Below are positions 52,678 through 63,250 of a stretch of 64,000 nt of DNA, in pieces (position 1 is the stretch's first letter; each line of letters opens with the position of its first letter). This stretch comes from Candidatus Methanomethylicia archaeon (GTDB taxonomy: Archaea; Thermoproteota; Methanomethylicia; CALHIW01), in the NCBI GenBank assembly GCA_038845975.1, contig JAWBQF010000003.1:80872-144871 (forward strand), read 5' to 3'. Both the position numbers and the translations under genes were made by a program. The notes under the pieces were generated by a model that saw only the letters and a list, made by a program, of their open reading frames with translations, had not been told where the DNA came from and ran no database searches.

Positions 52678-53370
52678 AATATAACTACAATAAATATTTT
52701 AGCCATCTTATAAGGATTATGCTTAGCCAACGTATCCTATTAACTCTAAAAGTTTATTTCGGTAGTTCTTACTCTGTATTGTATGGTTAAGGTTCCCTAT
52801 TCAACTACATGTACTTCCCATATCTAAGTTTACAGAGTCAATTTACTAGCGGTAAGCTACTTAATAATGTAGGATTCTATGTTAATGGTTATGAAATAAT
52901 TGTAGATTATTTAATCCTTTAATTAATGGTTTAAATGTATTTTAGCTGTATGCTCATGTAAGTTCTTAGTTTCACTTTAGCCCCTATAAATGTTGTACAT
53001 TATCCATCTAGATCTTCAAGATGGATTCATAAGCTTATTTACTATTAAGCTCTAGGTCTTAGTAAGCTCTTTAATTCTACTACAGTTAAAGTAGCTTAGT
53101 TCTTCCAAGCGTAGTAACCACTTAATGAGTTTAACTAGTTAAATCACATAAAAGTTTGTAATGAATTCATGGTCTACTAATCAATATCTATAAACATCAA
53201 GACAGCATGAACATACCAGCCTATTTAAACTCTAGAGAAATAGAGATTTAAATAAGCTAGTAGTAATACTCTAGTAAATATTAAGTAAGAATAGTAGATT
53301 AGCTGATTAGTAGTGTTTAAGCTATGAATTAGCAGGTTAATACTTATTTAGACTATAAATTAGTAAAGCA

Positions 53371-53661
53371 TTAATAACTCTTCTTTAAATATATTCTTAT
53401 TTTTACATCTTCACGTCTTCCAGTTAGTTTTTCTTTATAGTCTTTTAGTAGTCTAGGAAGTTCCTCTAATAGAAACTTACCTACAATCCATTCATCCTCC
53501 TTAGAAACTACAAGTGTAAATCCTTTCCCAAATAAGCTAGAGTAAAGTATTTCACGTATTATTTCTGATAGTGATTTCCCCTGTTCCTCAGCAAGCTTTT
53601 CTAAAGAACTACATAGATCATCAGAAGCGTAAAAACCTATAATTCTCCCCATGTTAAACAC
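53371..53661 (-). CDS. CopG/ribbon-helix-helix protein
   Basis: IIGFYASDDLCSSLEKLAEEQGKSLSEIIREIL. Confidence 0.75.
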   Translation of the reverse strand: MFNMGRIIGFYASDDLCSSLEKLAEEQGKSLSEIIREILYSSLFGKGFTLVVSKEDEWIVGKFLLEELPRLLKDYKEKLTGRREDVKIRIYLKKSY

Positions 53662-53991
53662 CCCAGTACTTCAATACTGCAAGCTAGGATAAACTTCAAA
53701 TTAATCACCTAGAATATATATTTACGTAGAATTTAAACTTCTCCCTACTTATTAATGTTATTTTGATTGTGAAGCTTAATAGGAAAGCTTGAGTTTAGAT
53801 AAATTGTTGATTTGTGGAAACCTTTAATTAAGCCTATATCCTAGTATTATGGTTCCACATGTACTGTATACTACTACCTAGTCTTACCCTTCTTATCTTT
53901 ACTCTTCTAAAGTTTATTCATCTCATTAATACAGCATATATTCACATAAATTTACAGAATCTTCAGAAAGGTTAATTAGGTAGATTTCATC

Positions 53992-54372
53992 TTGATATTT
54001 ATGTATGTTACACATGTTGATAATGTTAGAGAGTATGATGTAAATATTAAGGGGGCATGTAAGGTTAGGGTTAAATACCTCCTCCATAAGGGTGTAGGTG
54101 CTGGAAGGATTCAGTTTAGACTTTTCACAATTGATACTGGAGGATATACTCCTCTTGAAAAACATATGCATGAACATGAAGTATACGTGTTAAAGGGGAG
54201 AGGGCTAGTTAAGAGTGGAGGTAGAGAAGCTATTATTGAGCCTGGTAGTGTAGTGTTTATTCCAAGCTTTGAAGAACATCAATTCATAAACATAGGGGAT
54301 GAACCCTTACAGTTTCTATGCACTAAGGAAACATCAGAAATTCCTGAAGTCCTAAGGGGAGAGTTGGGATGA
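53992..54372 (+). CDS. Cupin domain protein
   Basis: HMHEHEVYVLKG, PGSVVFIPSFEEHQF. Confidence 0.9.
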   Translation: MIFMYVTHVDNVREYDVNIKGACKVRVKYLLHKGVGAGRIQFRLFTIDTGGYTPLEKHMHEHEVYVLKGRGLVKSGGREAIIEPGSVVFIPSFEEHQFINIGDEPLQFLCTKETSEIPEVLRGELG

Positions 54373-55385
54373 AAGCTGGAGTATATTATGGTCCTCTAGA
54401 TGTTCGATGTGTAGATATTGAAAAACCTAAAATCGGCTTTAGAGAGATTCTAGTAGAGATGAGAGCATGCGGTATATGTGGATCCGATCTTATGGATTGG
54501 TATCTTAAGCCAAGAGCACCTATAGTTCTCGGACATGAACCTACAGGAGTAATTGTTGAAGCTGATAGCAGTATTGAAGAGTTTAACATTGGAGATAGAG
54601 TTTTCATACATCACCATGTAGCATGTATGAAATGCTACTATTGTATAAATGGAGACTATACATTATGTAGTAAGTTTAGAGAAACACATATTGTTCCAGG
54701 AGGATTTGCAGAGTACTTTAAGGTTCCGGAAGCAAATCTTATAGATACCTTGAAGCTTCCAGATAATGTAAGCTTTGAAGAAGGAGCCTTAATAGAGCCT
54801 CTAGCATGCTGTATAAGAGCTGTAAGAAAGGTCAATATTAAGCATTATAGTAATGCTGCTGTAATAGGTTTAGGACCTACAGGATTAATGATTATACAGC
54901 TTCTAAAAAATTACGGTGTACTTAAGGTTTTAGCATGTGATTTAGTAGATTATAGGGTTAGAGAAGCTAAGAGATTTGGAGCTGATATAGCTGTAAGTCC
55001 TGAAGAATTTAAAGATACTATTAGAAGTGAAACCAGTATTGGCGTTGATGTGGTCTTTGTAACAGCACCAAGTATAGAAGCATATTCTCTAGGAATAGAT
55101 ACATGTAGGAGTGGAGGAATACTATGTATATTTGCTCCTCCACCACCAAGGGAAATGCTACAGTTGGATTTAAATAGGCTTTTCTTCTCTGAGGTAAAGA
55201 TAATACCATCATATTCAACATCTCATATTGAAACTAGAATAGCATTAAGCCTAATAGAGAAAGGTAAGGTAAACGTTAAAGATTTAATAACACATAGATT
55301 TACACTTGAAGAAATAGCTGAAGCCTATAAAGTAGCTGCTAGAAGTAAAAACTGTCTAAAAGTAGTTGTAACCAATTCCAAATAA
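54369..55385 (+). CDS. Zn-dependent alcohol dehydrogenase (iditol DH-like)
   Basis: CGICGSD, GHEPTG, CxxCxxC, GLGPTG. Confidence 0.93.
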   Translation: MKAGVYYGPLDVRCVDIEKPKIGFREILVEMRACGICGSDLMDWYLKPRAPIVLGHEPTGVIVEADSSIEEFNIGDRVFIHHHVACMKCYYCINGDYTLCSKFRETHIVPGGFAEYFKVPEANLIDTLKLPDNVSFEEGALIEPLACCIRAVRKVNIKHYSNAAVIGLGPTGLMIIQLLKNYGVLKVLACDLVDYRVREAKRFGADIAVSPEEFKDTIRSETSIGVDVVFVTAPSIEAYSLGIDTCRSGGILCIFAPPPPREMLQLDLNRLFFSEVKIIPSYSTSHIETRIALSLIEKGKVNVKDLITHRFTLEEIAEAYKVAARSKNCLKVVVTNSK

Positions 55386-55459
55386 TGCTTATAATCAATA
55401 TTTAGAAGCTAGTAGAAACGATTATGATTCCTCATTATATAAGGTTTAAATAGTAGTAA

Positions 55460-55918
55460 TTAAAATCTTCTTACAAATTTTCTACCAGTAACCTGTATTG
55501 GAGTTATTACACATATTCTTACAGCTTCCAATTCAGCTTCAATATTCCTACCGGGCTTACTCATATACTTATTAAATTCTTGTGGAACACGATATTTATT
55601 AATTAGTTTCTGTAGATAAGGTATCATTTCACTTCTATCTTCAATAATTCTAATAGTACCAAATACTACTATACTTTTATACATTGATATGTCTGGAAGC
55701 GCTTCATCAACTTCAAAGCAAACATAGGGTTTTCTTCTTATACTATCCATCTTCAAACCTTTACTACATGTATGGAAAAATATTTCACCATTAGAATATA
55801 CGTATCCAATGGGAACTACGTATGGCTTACCATCTTCAGTAACTACTCCTAATCTTCCAACTCTTGCACATGTAAGAAGTTGTTCAATTTCTTCCCAATT
55901 CATTTCCTCTGTAGACAT
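55460..55918 (-). CDS. Pyridoxamine-5'-phosphate oxidase-like flavin-binding protein (NimA-like)
   Basis: VGRLG...PYVVPIGY...FHT..GLK...VCFEVD...SIVVFG. Confidence 0.88.
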   Translation of the reverse strand: MSTEEMNWEEIEQLLTCARVGRLGVVTEDGKPYVVPIGYVYSNGEIFFHTCSKGLKMDSIRRKPYVCFEVDEALPDISMYKSIVVFGTIRIIEDRSEMIPYLQKLINKYRVPQEFNKYMSKPGRNIEAELEAVRICVITPIQVTGRKFVRRF

Positions 55919-55974
55919 ATACTTTAGCTTATACAGCTAATAGATAAGTTTTCCCATAGGTTAATGATATAGGA

Positions 55975-58900
55975 TTATTCCTGAAGCTTAATCTCTATGG
56001 TTAAAGTATTATTATCCTCATTTTCCTCAACTATACTGTTAAGAGGGTCTATAACTATACCTACTATATGGCTACTATAAGTAGCTTGATAGTTTAGTAG
56101 TAGAGTATGATTTGAAATCTCCATACTTCTTAAACCATTAGAAATAACATATTCCACTACAACATTTCTAGGAGAATCAATCCAGACATGTATCAATATA
56201 GTTCCAGAATAGTTTCCAAATCCAATATTAGATGTTGTAAAATCTATTTTATCTATAACTACGTATTGATATTCATTCCTAAAATATATAGTATAGTAAA
56301 CCTTCAAGTACTCTACTATAAGGTCTGGTAGAGGCCTATTTAAAACATTTACTTGCAGTATGTATTCATTATTTCCCTCATTTAACTCATGAACCATATC
56401 GTATGGATCTACAGTAGCTTTTAATGTGTAGAAACCGGAGGTAGGGAAATCTATAAGAAACTTGGTATTTATACTACTATTAGCCGGAATAGTTATAGCT
56501 TCACTCTCATATATTCTACCATCAGAGATCTCTAGTAAAACTATAGTACTTACTTCAAATTCACCATAGTTATATATTACTACATTAAAACTATATAGAG
56601 TCCCATTATATAAATCCTCTACTGGTACTGTAAGCTTAACACCTAAATCAGGAAGCTTCTCTACAGGTAAAACCTCTAATCGAGCATCTTTAAAATTATT
56701 GTTTTTATCTAATTCCATAATCTCATTCTCTGGATCCACTGTAGCTCTAACTACATATTCACCAGCCTCCTTAAAGTGGTAGTTAAACTCAGCAATAAGA
56801 CTCCTCCCCACATCTAAAAACTGAAACTCTAGTATTCCTACATATATAGGAGTTGCCGGTTCCTTCCCAGGTCTTAAAATCTCTAACTCAACCTTGAAGT
56901 TGTGAGCTGGGCAGTAGCCTATATTTGTAATATTTACCTTAATCTTTACTGTTGTACATGTTTGAATTCTATCAGGAGTAAACATGATATTTTCAATCTT
57001 AAGATCTGGAGCTGATACCTCATATTCATATTCAGCTTCATTATTATCTTCAAAAACCTCATTTACTCTATTATCCGGATCCACTATGGCTTTAAGCTTA
57101 TATTTTCCAGGTTCTCGAAATACACATTTAAACTCTAAAGTTTCAAATTCTCCAGGTTTTAATATAGTATTAACTGTTTTCTCTACTTGAAGCTTATTGT
57201 TTATATAGATGTTTACCTTAGGGTTTTGAATAGAGTCCCATCCTATATTTCTAATAACAGTAATTAAAGGAATAGTGTCTACACATACCTTATTGGTAGT
57301 ATAGAATAGGGAGATCTCTACTACTAGATCAGGTTTTTTAGGAGCTTCCCCAATTTGGGGGCTATCAAGATATCTACCATGTTTCTCCACTTGGTATGGT
57401 ATAAGCTCCTTTAAAGCATTTATAGTAGCTTTATTCCATCCTTCTACGCTTAACTCATTTAGGTTTTTAATGAAGAAATGCTCAAAATCACTCCATTTAT
57501 CTTTGGTAGCGTAAGCTTTCCTATCTTCTCTAGCTGCAGTTACGATTTTATCAACAATTCCATTAAGATTCTCTATGAAACCGCCGCTGAAGCATTGACC
57601 CATTTCAACCAGTATATGTATACCTCTATTATGTAGTGGCTTCAACATTCTGGCGAACTCGTAATCCCATAATTTCTCCCTACCATAAAGACATATGGAT
57701 TCATGGAATGTATATTGGCTTACTTTCTGTCCATCAATATCTAAATCTACACCTACAATAATATTGTCGCTATCAGTATCTTCACCTACAACATGCCAAT
57801 TACCTGAAGAATCTCTTCTTCTAGCAATAAATTTACCATTATTCCATTCAACTCTAAAATCTATTTGTCCATCTCCATCAAGATCATTCTCCCTCATAGA
57901 ATGGTGAGTACTAGTTAAGCTGGATAAATCAATTTCATAGTTACTACTTGGATTATTATCCATGTTTATTTTACCAAGCTCTAATTCACTAATTTTACCA
58001 TTTCCATCTTTATCACTTCCAATACCTATAAGCTCCCATTTACTATTGGTGAGGTTTAGCTTCCAAGCATAGATTTTACCTGTTTTCTCTACATGAATTA
58101 TACACCATCTTCCTGTCGGGAAATTATCTACTCTATATTTATACTTTAGATCTCTAGCATCTATAACTATTTTATCTTCTCTATATTGATTACCAGGATC
58201 ACCGTAACTTGGATCTAAAGGATTTGGAGTACCTATAACCTTTGTAATTTTATATTCTTCCCATCCATCCCCTTGATTAGGATCATATCCGAATCCATGA
58301 TCTGTAATGAAAATATAGAGAGTACAGCATGAATTCATATCCTTAAGATATTTCTTAACGATACTATCAATACTACTTCGTGAGGCATTACCATCAACAA
58401 TGTTTCTACCATTAACTTTAATTTCACCTCCATCGTAGTATAGTACTGTAATCATATCATCATTAAAGCCGAAGCTTCTTAGCTTCCTATATTTCTCCAC
58501 TATATTGTTTCTATATCTTGGATGATTATTATGTTCATCTATTCCTCCACTTATTATAAGAGCTCTATCACAACTTTTCACACTTCCTATTAAATTAGGC
58601 TTTATATATGCTGAATCTAACAATGCATGATGGTATTCACCTGTAGGGTTTTCTAGGAATACTTGGCCTTCCCCTTCTTCCCCAACTACTCTATACTCCT
58701 CAACTTCAACTAGTGGAATATTATAGAGACTAAAAACACTGTATTTATCAGTATATCTTCTAACAACTCCACATACCTGGATAAGGCTTCCATCATAATT
58801 ATTGGATGGAAGTACTCCATCTATCCTAATCCATGAACCAAAGGGGAGAGGTTCATCTAAAATTAAACGATTATAATCAACTATTAAGAAGGAAGCATTT

Positions 58901-59109
58901 CCACAGCCAAAATATCCACCATACCCAAAATAGCCAGCTACTGTAATCTTCCTACCTACATACTCTTCAAGATCATAATTTAAGCTATATATACTTACCA
59001 GTTCATAGATAGGTTTCACTTCCAAAACATTCCTATAATAGGTAAATACATAATATAAAACCCCACTAACCAATATGGCTATAACTAGTAAAACTACGAT
59101 TTTAGACAT
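55975..59109 (-). CDS. Membrane-anchored clan CD (C13/caspase-like) peptidase with CARDB repeats
   Basis: N-terminal TM; ALIISGG; FITDHG (His); MGQCFSGGF (Cys); four PDL...VDP.N.I.E..E.NN CARDB repeats. Confidence 0.8.
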   Translation of the reverse strand: MSKIVVLLVIAILVSGVLYYVFTYYRNVLEVKPIYELVSIYSLNYDLEEYVGRKITVAGYFGYGGYFGCGNASFLIVDYNRLILDEPLPFGSWIRIDGVLPSNNYDGSLIQVCGVVRRYTDKYSVFSLYNIPLVEVEEYRVVGEEGEGQVFLENPTGEYHHALLDSAYIKPNLIGSVKSCDRALIISGGIDEHNNHPRYRNNIVEKYRKLRSFGFNDDMITVLYYDGGEIKVNGRNIVDGNASRSSIDSIVKKYLKDMNSCCTLYIFITDHGFGYDPNQGDGWEEYKITKVIGTPNPLDPSYGDPGNQYREDKIVIDARDLKYKYRVDNFPTGRWCIIHVEKTGKIYAWKLNLTNSKWELIGIGSDKDGNGKISELELGKINMDNNPSSNYEIDLSSLTSTHHSMRENDLDGDGQIDFRVEWNNGKFIARRRDSSGNWHVVGEDTDSDNIIVGVDLDIDGQKVSQYTFHESICLYGREKLWDYEFARMLKPLHNRGIHILVEMGQCFSGGFIENLNGIVDKIVTAAREDRKAYATKDKWSDFEHFFIKNLNELSVEGWNKATINALKELIPYQVEKHGRYLDSPQIGEAPKKPDLVVEISLFYTTNKVCVDTIPLITVIRNIGWDSIQNPKVNIYINNKLQVEKTVNTILKPGEFETLEFKCVFREPGKYKLKAIVDPDNRVNEVFEDNNEAEYEYEVSAPDLKIENIMFTPDRIQTCTTVKIKVNITNIGYCPAHNFKVELEILRPGKEPATPIYVGILEFQFLDVGRSLIAEFNYHFKEAGEYVVRATVDPENEIMELDKNNNFKDARLEVLPVEKLPDLGVKLTVPVEDLYNGTLYSFNVVIYNYGEFEVSTIVLLEISDGRIYESEAITIPANSSINTKFLIDFPTSGFYTLKATVDPYDMVHELNEGNNEYILQVNVLNRPLPDLIVEYLKVYYTIYFRNEYQYVVIDKIDFTTSNIGFGNYSGTILIHVWIDSPRNVVVEYVISNGLRSMEISNHTLLLNYQATYSSHIVGIVIDPLNSIVEENEDNNTLTIEIKLQE

Positions 59110-59163
59110 TACTTCATATATATTAATTACTTAATAAATTTTATGCTGATAAACCAGGTGCTA

Positions 59164-59191
59164 TGAACTTAAGCCACCTGGCTTAAGTTCA
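59164..59191. repeat. Perfect 13-bp-arm palindrome
   Basis: tgaacttaagcca-cc-tggcttaagttca, upstream of the protease promoter. Confidence 0.7.
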
Positions 59192-59229
59192 AATTTATGA
59201 TGTTAATAGGTGGCGTTAATTTAATCCTA

Positions 59230-59487
59230 TTAAAGTCTTTCAAGATATCTACGTGTCCAAGCTACAAGTGTTTGATAGGTTTCTAGTCCATTTCTTGTAA
59301 GCTTTACATATCCATTCTCGCTATCAGTTTCTATAAGTTTCTTTTCAGTAAGCCAGTTTAAATATCTTGTAAATGTTTTATAGTTTAGTCTTGAAGCCAT
59401 TTGAAGCTGTGTTTTCTTCATTGCCCCCTCAATATATAAAGCCTCTATTATTCTGGCAATCACTACTAAATCTAAATGTTCCTTCAT
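59230..59487 (-). CDS. Winged-helix transcriptional regulator
   Basis: KKTQLQMASRLNYKTFTRYLNWL...VKLTRNG. Confidence 0.85.
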   Translation of the reverse strand: MKEHLDLVVIARIIEALYIEGAMKKTQLQMASRLNYKTFTRYLNWLTEKKLIETDSENGYVKLTRNGLETYQTLVAWTRRYLERL

Positions 59488-59546
59488 AAGCTGCTATCTA
59501 CTATCTCAAGCTCTAATATAAGTATTTAGAGTATTAGGCTTGATAG

Positions 59547-60158
59547 TTAGGCTTCAACACCTATAAGCTTTAATAACTTGTTTTGAAGTCTATATATGTG
59601 TAGTATCCTCCAAACAAAGAAAACTAAGACGGAAGACTCGAAAATAAGCATTAAATAAGCAATTAAACCATAATTTAGCCTATGTAAAATTGAATATGTT
59701 AATAGTGTTGACGCTGATATTAATCCCGTAATGTACCATATCTTCGCCGCTTTAAACATTTGGAAAGCTCCTTCTAGATGTCTTCTACTTCTAGAAGCTT
59801 TAAACTCGAAAACTAAGGCTATGGATGTAACTCCTAGTAGTAAGCCTAGTATTAAGACTATTATTTGAGGTAAATAAACATCTACTCCATAAGATGTTAT
59901 TAACATATCCGTCATACTTGTCGATGTCGATTCTACATGTCTATCTAGTGTTTTATTAACTTGAGCTATAGCCGGTGTAGGTATTACTGTTGTATTTATT
60001 GTGAGGGTAGTGACCGGTGCTTTTATAGGAGGTTGGGGTATATTCTCTTTACTTAGCATAGTACTTGGATATGTTATAGTAGCTATGATTAAATATAATG
60101 CTAATACTATATTTAATGCTATAATAACCCTAGCTATAGTTAAAAATGGTTTACGCAT
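59547..60158 (-). CDS. Hypothetical 4-TM membrane protein with Pro/Thr-rich loop
   Basis: Hydrophobic segments; PT-rich extracellular stretch. Confidence 0.65.
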   Translation of the reverse strand: MRKPFLTIARVIIALNIVLALYLIIATITYPSTMLSKENIPQPPIKAPVTTLTINTTVIPTPAIAQVNKTLDRHVESTSTSMTDMLITSYGVDVYLPQIIVLILGLLLGVTSIALVFEFKASRSRRHLEGAFQMFKAAKIWYITGLISASTLLTYSILHRLNYGLIAYLMLIFESSVLVFFVWRILHIYRLQNKLLKLIGVEA

Positions 60159-60651
60159 TAAAGTAGTTTTGTAAAAGCTATTTAAATAGTTAATGCATCC
60201 ATAATACGTACTAAGTAAGCTATCTTAATCAGCTATTAAACCTGATTTTAAGCGATTTCCATGATCTCCTTTATGATTATGGTGGATTTGGTGTCCTCCA
60301 TAACTTGAGTAAGTATCTCTATCTTGGTTTAATTACATGAGTTCAATGTTAAATCAGCCCTTAAATAGAGTATATGTTCTGCTTGCTTAATCTTCATCTC
60401 CCAGTTTGGAGTCTTATTTTATCTCTTGCATTCAGATCATGTTTAAATATACTGCTTAAACAACATATTAAACCATATTTTAAGCCTTTAATAATTCATC
60501 TCTAGTTAAAACTGTAGCTTCTTACTGAGTTCTACGTAGCATTATTAAATTATTTATAATCCAGTTACTTAAAGTAATTAATCTACAAAGTATTTCATAT
60601 TGGCTAGTAGATGTTGCTATAGAATGATTTTGGTATGAAGTAGTAGCTTAG

Positions 60652-61452
60652 CTATTTATAATTGAAGTCTTCAATAAGCTTTTTTCTCTGCACCTCATCA
60701 ATGCTTAGAAATGTATTATGTCTCTCAAGAGTGTATTCCCTGTTTTTGGCTATTGGGCATACTTCAAAGCAAACAGCACAATGAATTATTTTCCAGTTAG
60801 TGCTTTTTCTTAAGTATTGGTAGAACTTTAAGCATTTATCCCTATTAAATCCTTTAGGAGGTGGAAGAGTAGAATCTATGGCTTTTACTGGGCAGTTTTC
60901 AGCACATATAGTACAGTTAATGCATGGATTGAAATCTTCAATTTTTCCTGTCGGCTCCAGTAATGCATCAGTCATTACTACTCCTAGCTTAGTTCTTAGA
61001 CCATATTCTGGAGTAATTATTAAGCCACATTTTCCGAAAACACCTATTCCAGCCTCATAAGCAGCCAATTTAAAGGAGAATTTATGTATACGCTTATCCA
61101 TGCTAAGCCATGCTTCACTACCAGTCCAGTCTATTGGTGTAAATGTTTTAAACCCCTTCCTCCTTAAAAAGCCAGCAACTCTATAAGTAAGCCACTCTAT
61201 AAATAGTTGTGATACTCTATAAGTTTTACCATCAACATCTATTGACTTACCTCCAAAATTAGCCGTTACAAAATCGTTTAAACCTGTACCTATAGCTAAC
61301 ACAATAACTGAATTACATTCAGACATAATATCTCTAGGATGTTGACTGTTAGTAGCATATATCCACGGCCTATTAGCTGATGCAATACCTATCTTCCCTC
61401 CCCCTAACTCCCTAAAGTAGCTATTAATCTCCTCGTTAAGTCCCATAAACAT
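60652..61452 (-). CDS. QueG/reductive-dehalogenase-like 2x[4Fe-4S] protein
   Basis: AAYEAGIGVFGKCGLIITPEYG; CINCTICAENCP; C..CAVCFEVCP. Confidence 0.85.
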   Translation of the reverse strand: MFMGLNEEINSYFRELGGGKIGIASANRPWIYATNSQHPRDIMSECNSVIVLAIGTGLNDFVTANFGGKSIDVDGKTYRVSQLFIEWLTYRVAGFLRRKGFKTFTPIDWTGSEAWLSMDKRIHKFSFKLAAYEAGIGVFGKCGLIITPEYGLRTKLGVVMTDALLEPTGKIEDFNPCINCTICAENCPVKAIDSTLPPPKGFNRDKCLKFYQYLRKSTNWKIIHCAVCFEVCPIAKNREYTLERHNTFLSIDEVQRKKLIEDFNYK

Positions 61453-61531
61453 TTGCTGGCAAGCAGTCTTAAATATTTATCTCAACTCTAAAGTAATGTA
61501 ATCATTAGTAGCCTGTAAACTATTATATGCA

Positions 61532-62131
61532 GTGTTTCAGATAAGTTGTATGGTTAAAAGAATTAATAATTCTGAAGCTATGGATAGGTTTAGAATAAAT
61601 CCTATAATAATCCTAGTAGTACTACTAATTCTTCTAGTAACTACTAGAAGTGTTAGAAGGGCTAGAAGGATTATGAATCTTATTAATAGAGAATTTATGG
61701 AGGATATAGCTGACTCTAGAGGGAGAATTGAGGGTTTCAAAATGTTTAGTAGTCTTAACAATACTTTAAACGGAGATGTTAAACCATTAAGCCATATTGC
61801 TAAGAATGTTAGAACGGTTAAGGTGAAGAGTGAAGTAACTGAAAACTCCTTAACTAGTAGTTCTGAATATCCAGATTTGAAAATGGAAGCTTTAAAGTCT
61901 CCTAGTGAAATTAGAGATTTAGATGATACGTTAATGAGCTATATTAAGATCAAAAAATCTAGGATAAGTATATCTGAATGCTCGAGAGATCTTGGAATTC
62001 CATCTAGTGAAGTTAAGAAAACTCTAGTTAGACTTCATGAAACAGGAAGAATTAAATTACAGTGGGGTATTGAACATGATGTAAGACTAGTACAATCTAA
62101 ACATTCTAAAACATATAGTAATAGCCTATAA
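61532..62131 (+). CDS. Single-TM protein with C-terminal winged helix
   Basis: IIILVVLLILLV anchor; YIKIKKSRISISECSRDLGIPSSEVKKTLVRLHETGRI. Confidence 0.6.
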   Translation: MFQISCMVKRINNSEAMDRFRINPIIILVVLLILLVTTRSVRRARRIMNLINREFMEDIADSRGRIEGFKMFSSLNNTLNGDVKPLSHIAKNVRTVKVKSEVTENSLTSSSEYPDLKMEALKSPSEIRDLDDTLMSYIKIKKSRISISECSRDLGIPSSEVKKTLVRLHETGRIKLQWGIEHDVRLVQSKHSKTYSNSL

Positions 62132-62489
62132 ATACTTTAAGCTAACCTAGTGATTTATTACTATTAAAATAGATATCTTAAACTTTCCTTCATGGTTCCA
62201 AATTGAAAGTATCTATGAAAACTAGCTAGATTTCTCCTTTACTTATTTAACCTAATTCTCTTAGGGGTTACGGAGGCCTCAACATCTTTCTTCTTAATAA
62301 GCTACATAGATACTTTAAGATGTTTATCTTCACATCATAATAACCTATATTTAAGGTTTTTATTCTTTCCTAGAGAGAAGCTTATGCCTTAGAGTTAAGT
62401 ATTTCTTATTATATAGCCTAATAATGTGTAAAGTTAAGCTCTAAATTCTATGTGTTTACTGCATACTAACTTGACAGTATCATTTATAT

Positions 62490-63195
62490 GGCTTTGTTAA
62501 CTTAAGCATGTTTTATCACCTCTATTTTTGGTATTGTATCTTCTATGAATTCTTAGCTTTTATTTTCCTGTTAATCCATATTTGTTCAGTATGTATGCTA
62601 TTGACTTCATAAGCATTAATACATGTTCACTGTCACATCTATCCTTCATGCATGGTATGTAGTTATCGAATAGCTTAGTTCTATCCTTAATTCTAACTTC
62701 TAAACTATACAATTCATGTTTTAATTTTAATATTCTCATGATGCTTTATAATAATGAGCTCCATCACTTAATACAACTATATTTGAACCATAAGTAGTTT
62801 TAATCTTTTAAGGAATGTTAGTGATGTAAGTATGTTGCAGCATCGCAAACCCATACATATAGAATTCTTCTTAATAATGGCTCAAACGCAACATAAACAA
62901 TCTTACTCTTAGAACCTACACTAATAATAGTATCATCAACCATAACAATCCTAACATCCCTCCTATCAAAATCAAATAGGAAGCTTAAAGATCTAAACCA
63001 CGATAATATAGATACATAACCTAAAATAATGAAGCTTAAAATATCTGAAGCCATCCTAGAAGAGCGAAAATATATGTAAGCACCATAACAACTAAAGTAA
63101 ATGGAGTTCTCTCCTAACAAACTTAACAAATTTAACCATATTAACACCATAAATAAGGGAGAGAACTCCCAAATAAATCTAAAGTTAACAAAGCC
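62490..63195 (-). mobile_element. IS6-family element, frameshifted
   Basis: TIRs; perfect 8-bp TSD atttatat; ORF 62818-63150 VMVDDTIISVGSKSKIVYVAFEP. Confidence 0.92.
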
Positions 63196-63250
63196 ATTTA
63201 TATTTACGAAATGTTTATTAAGGTTTTATTTATTTCTGATTGGTGGATTT

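Noticed and set aside
60278-60303. Hairpin ttatggtgga...tcctccataa
   Set aside because: Short and isolated; plausible by chance
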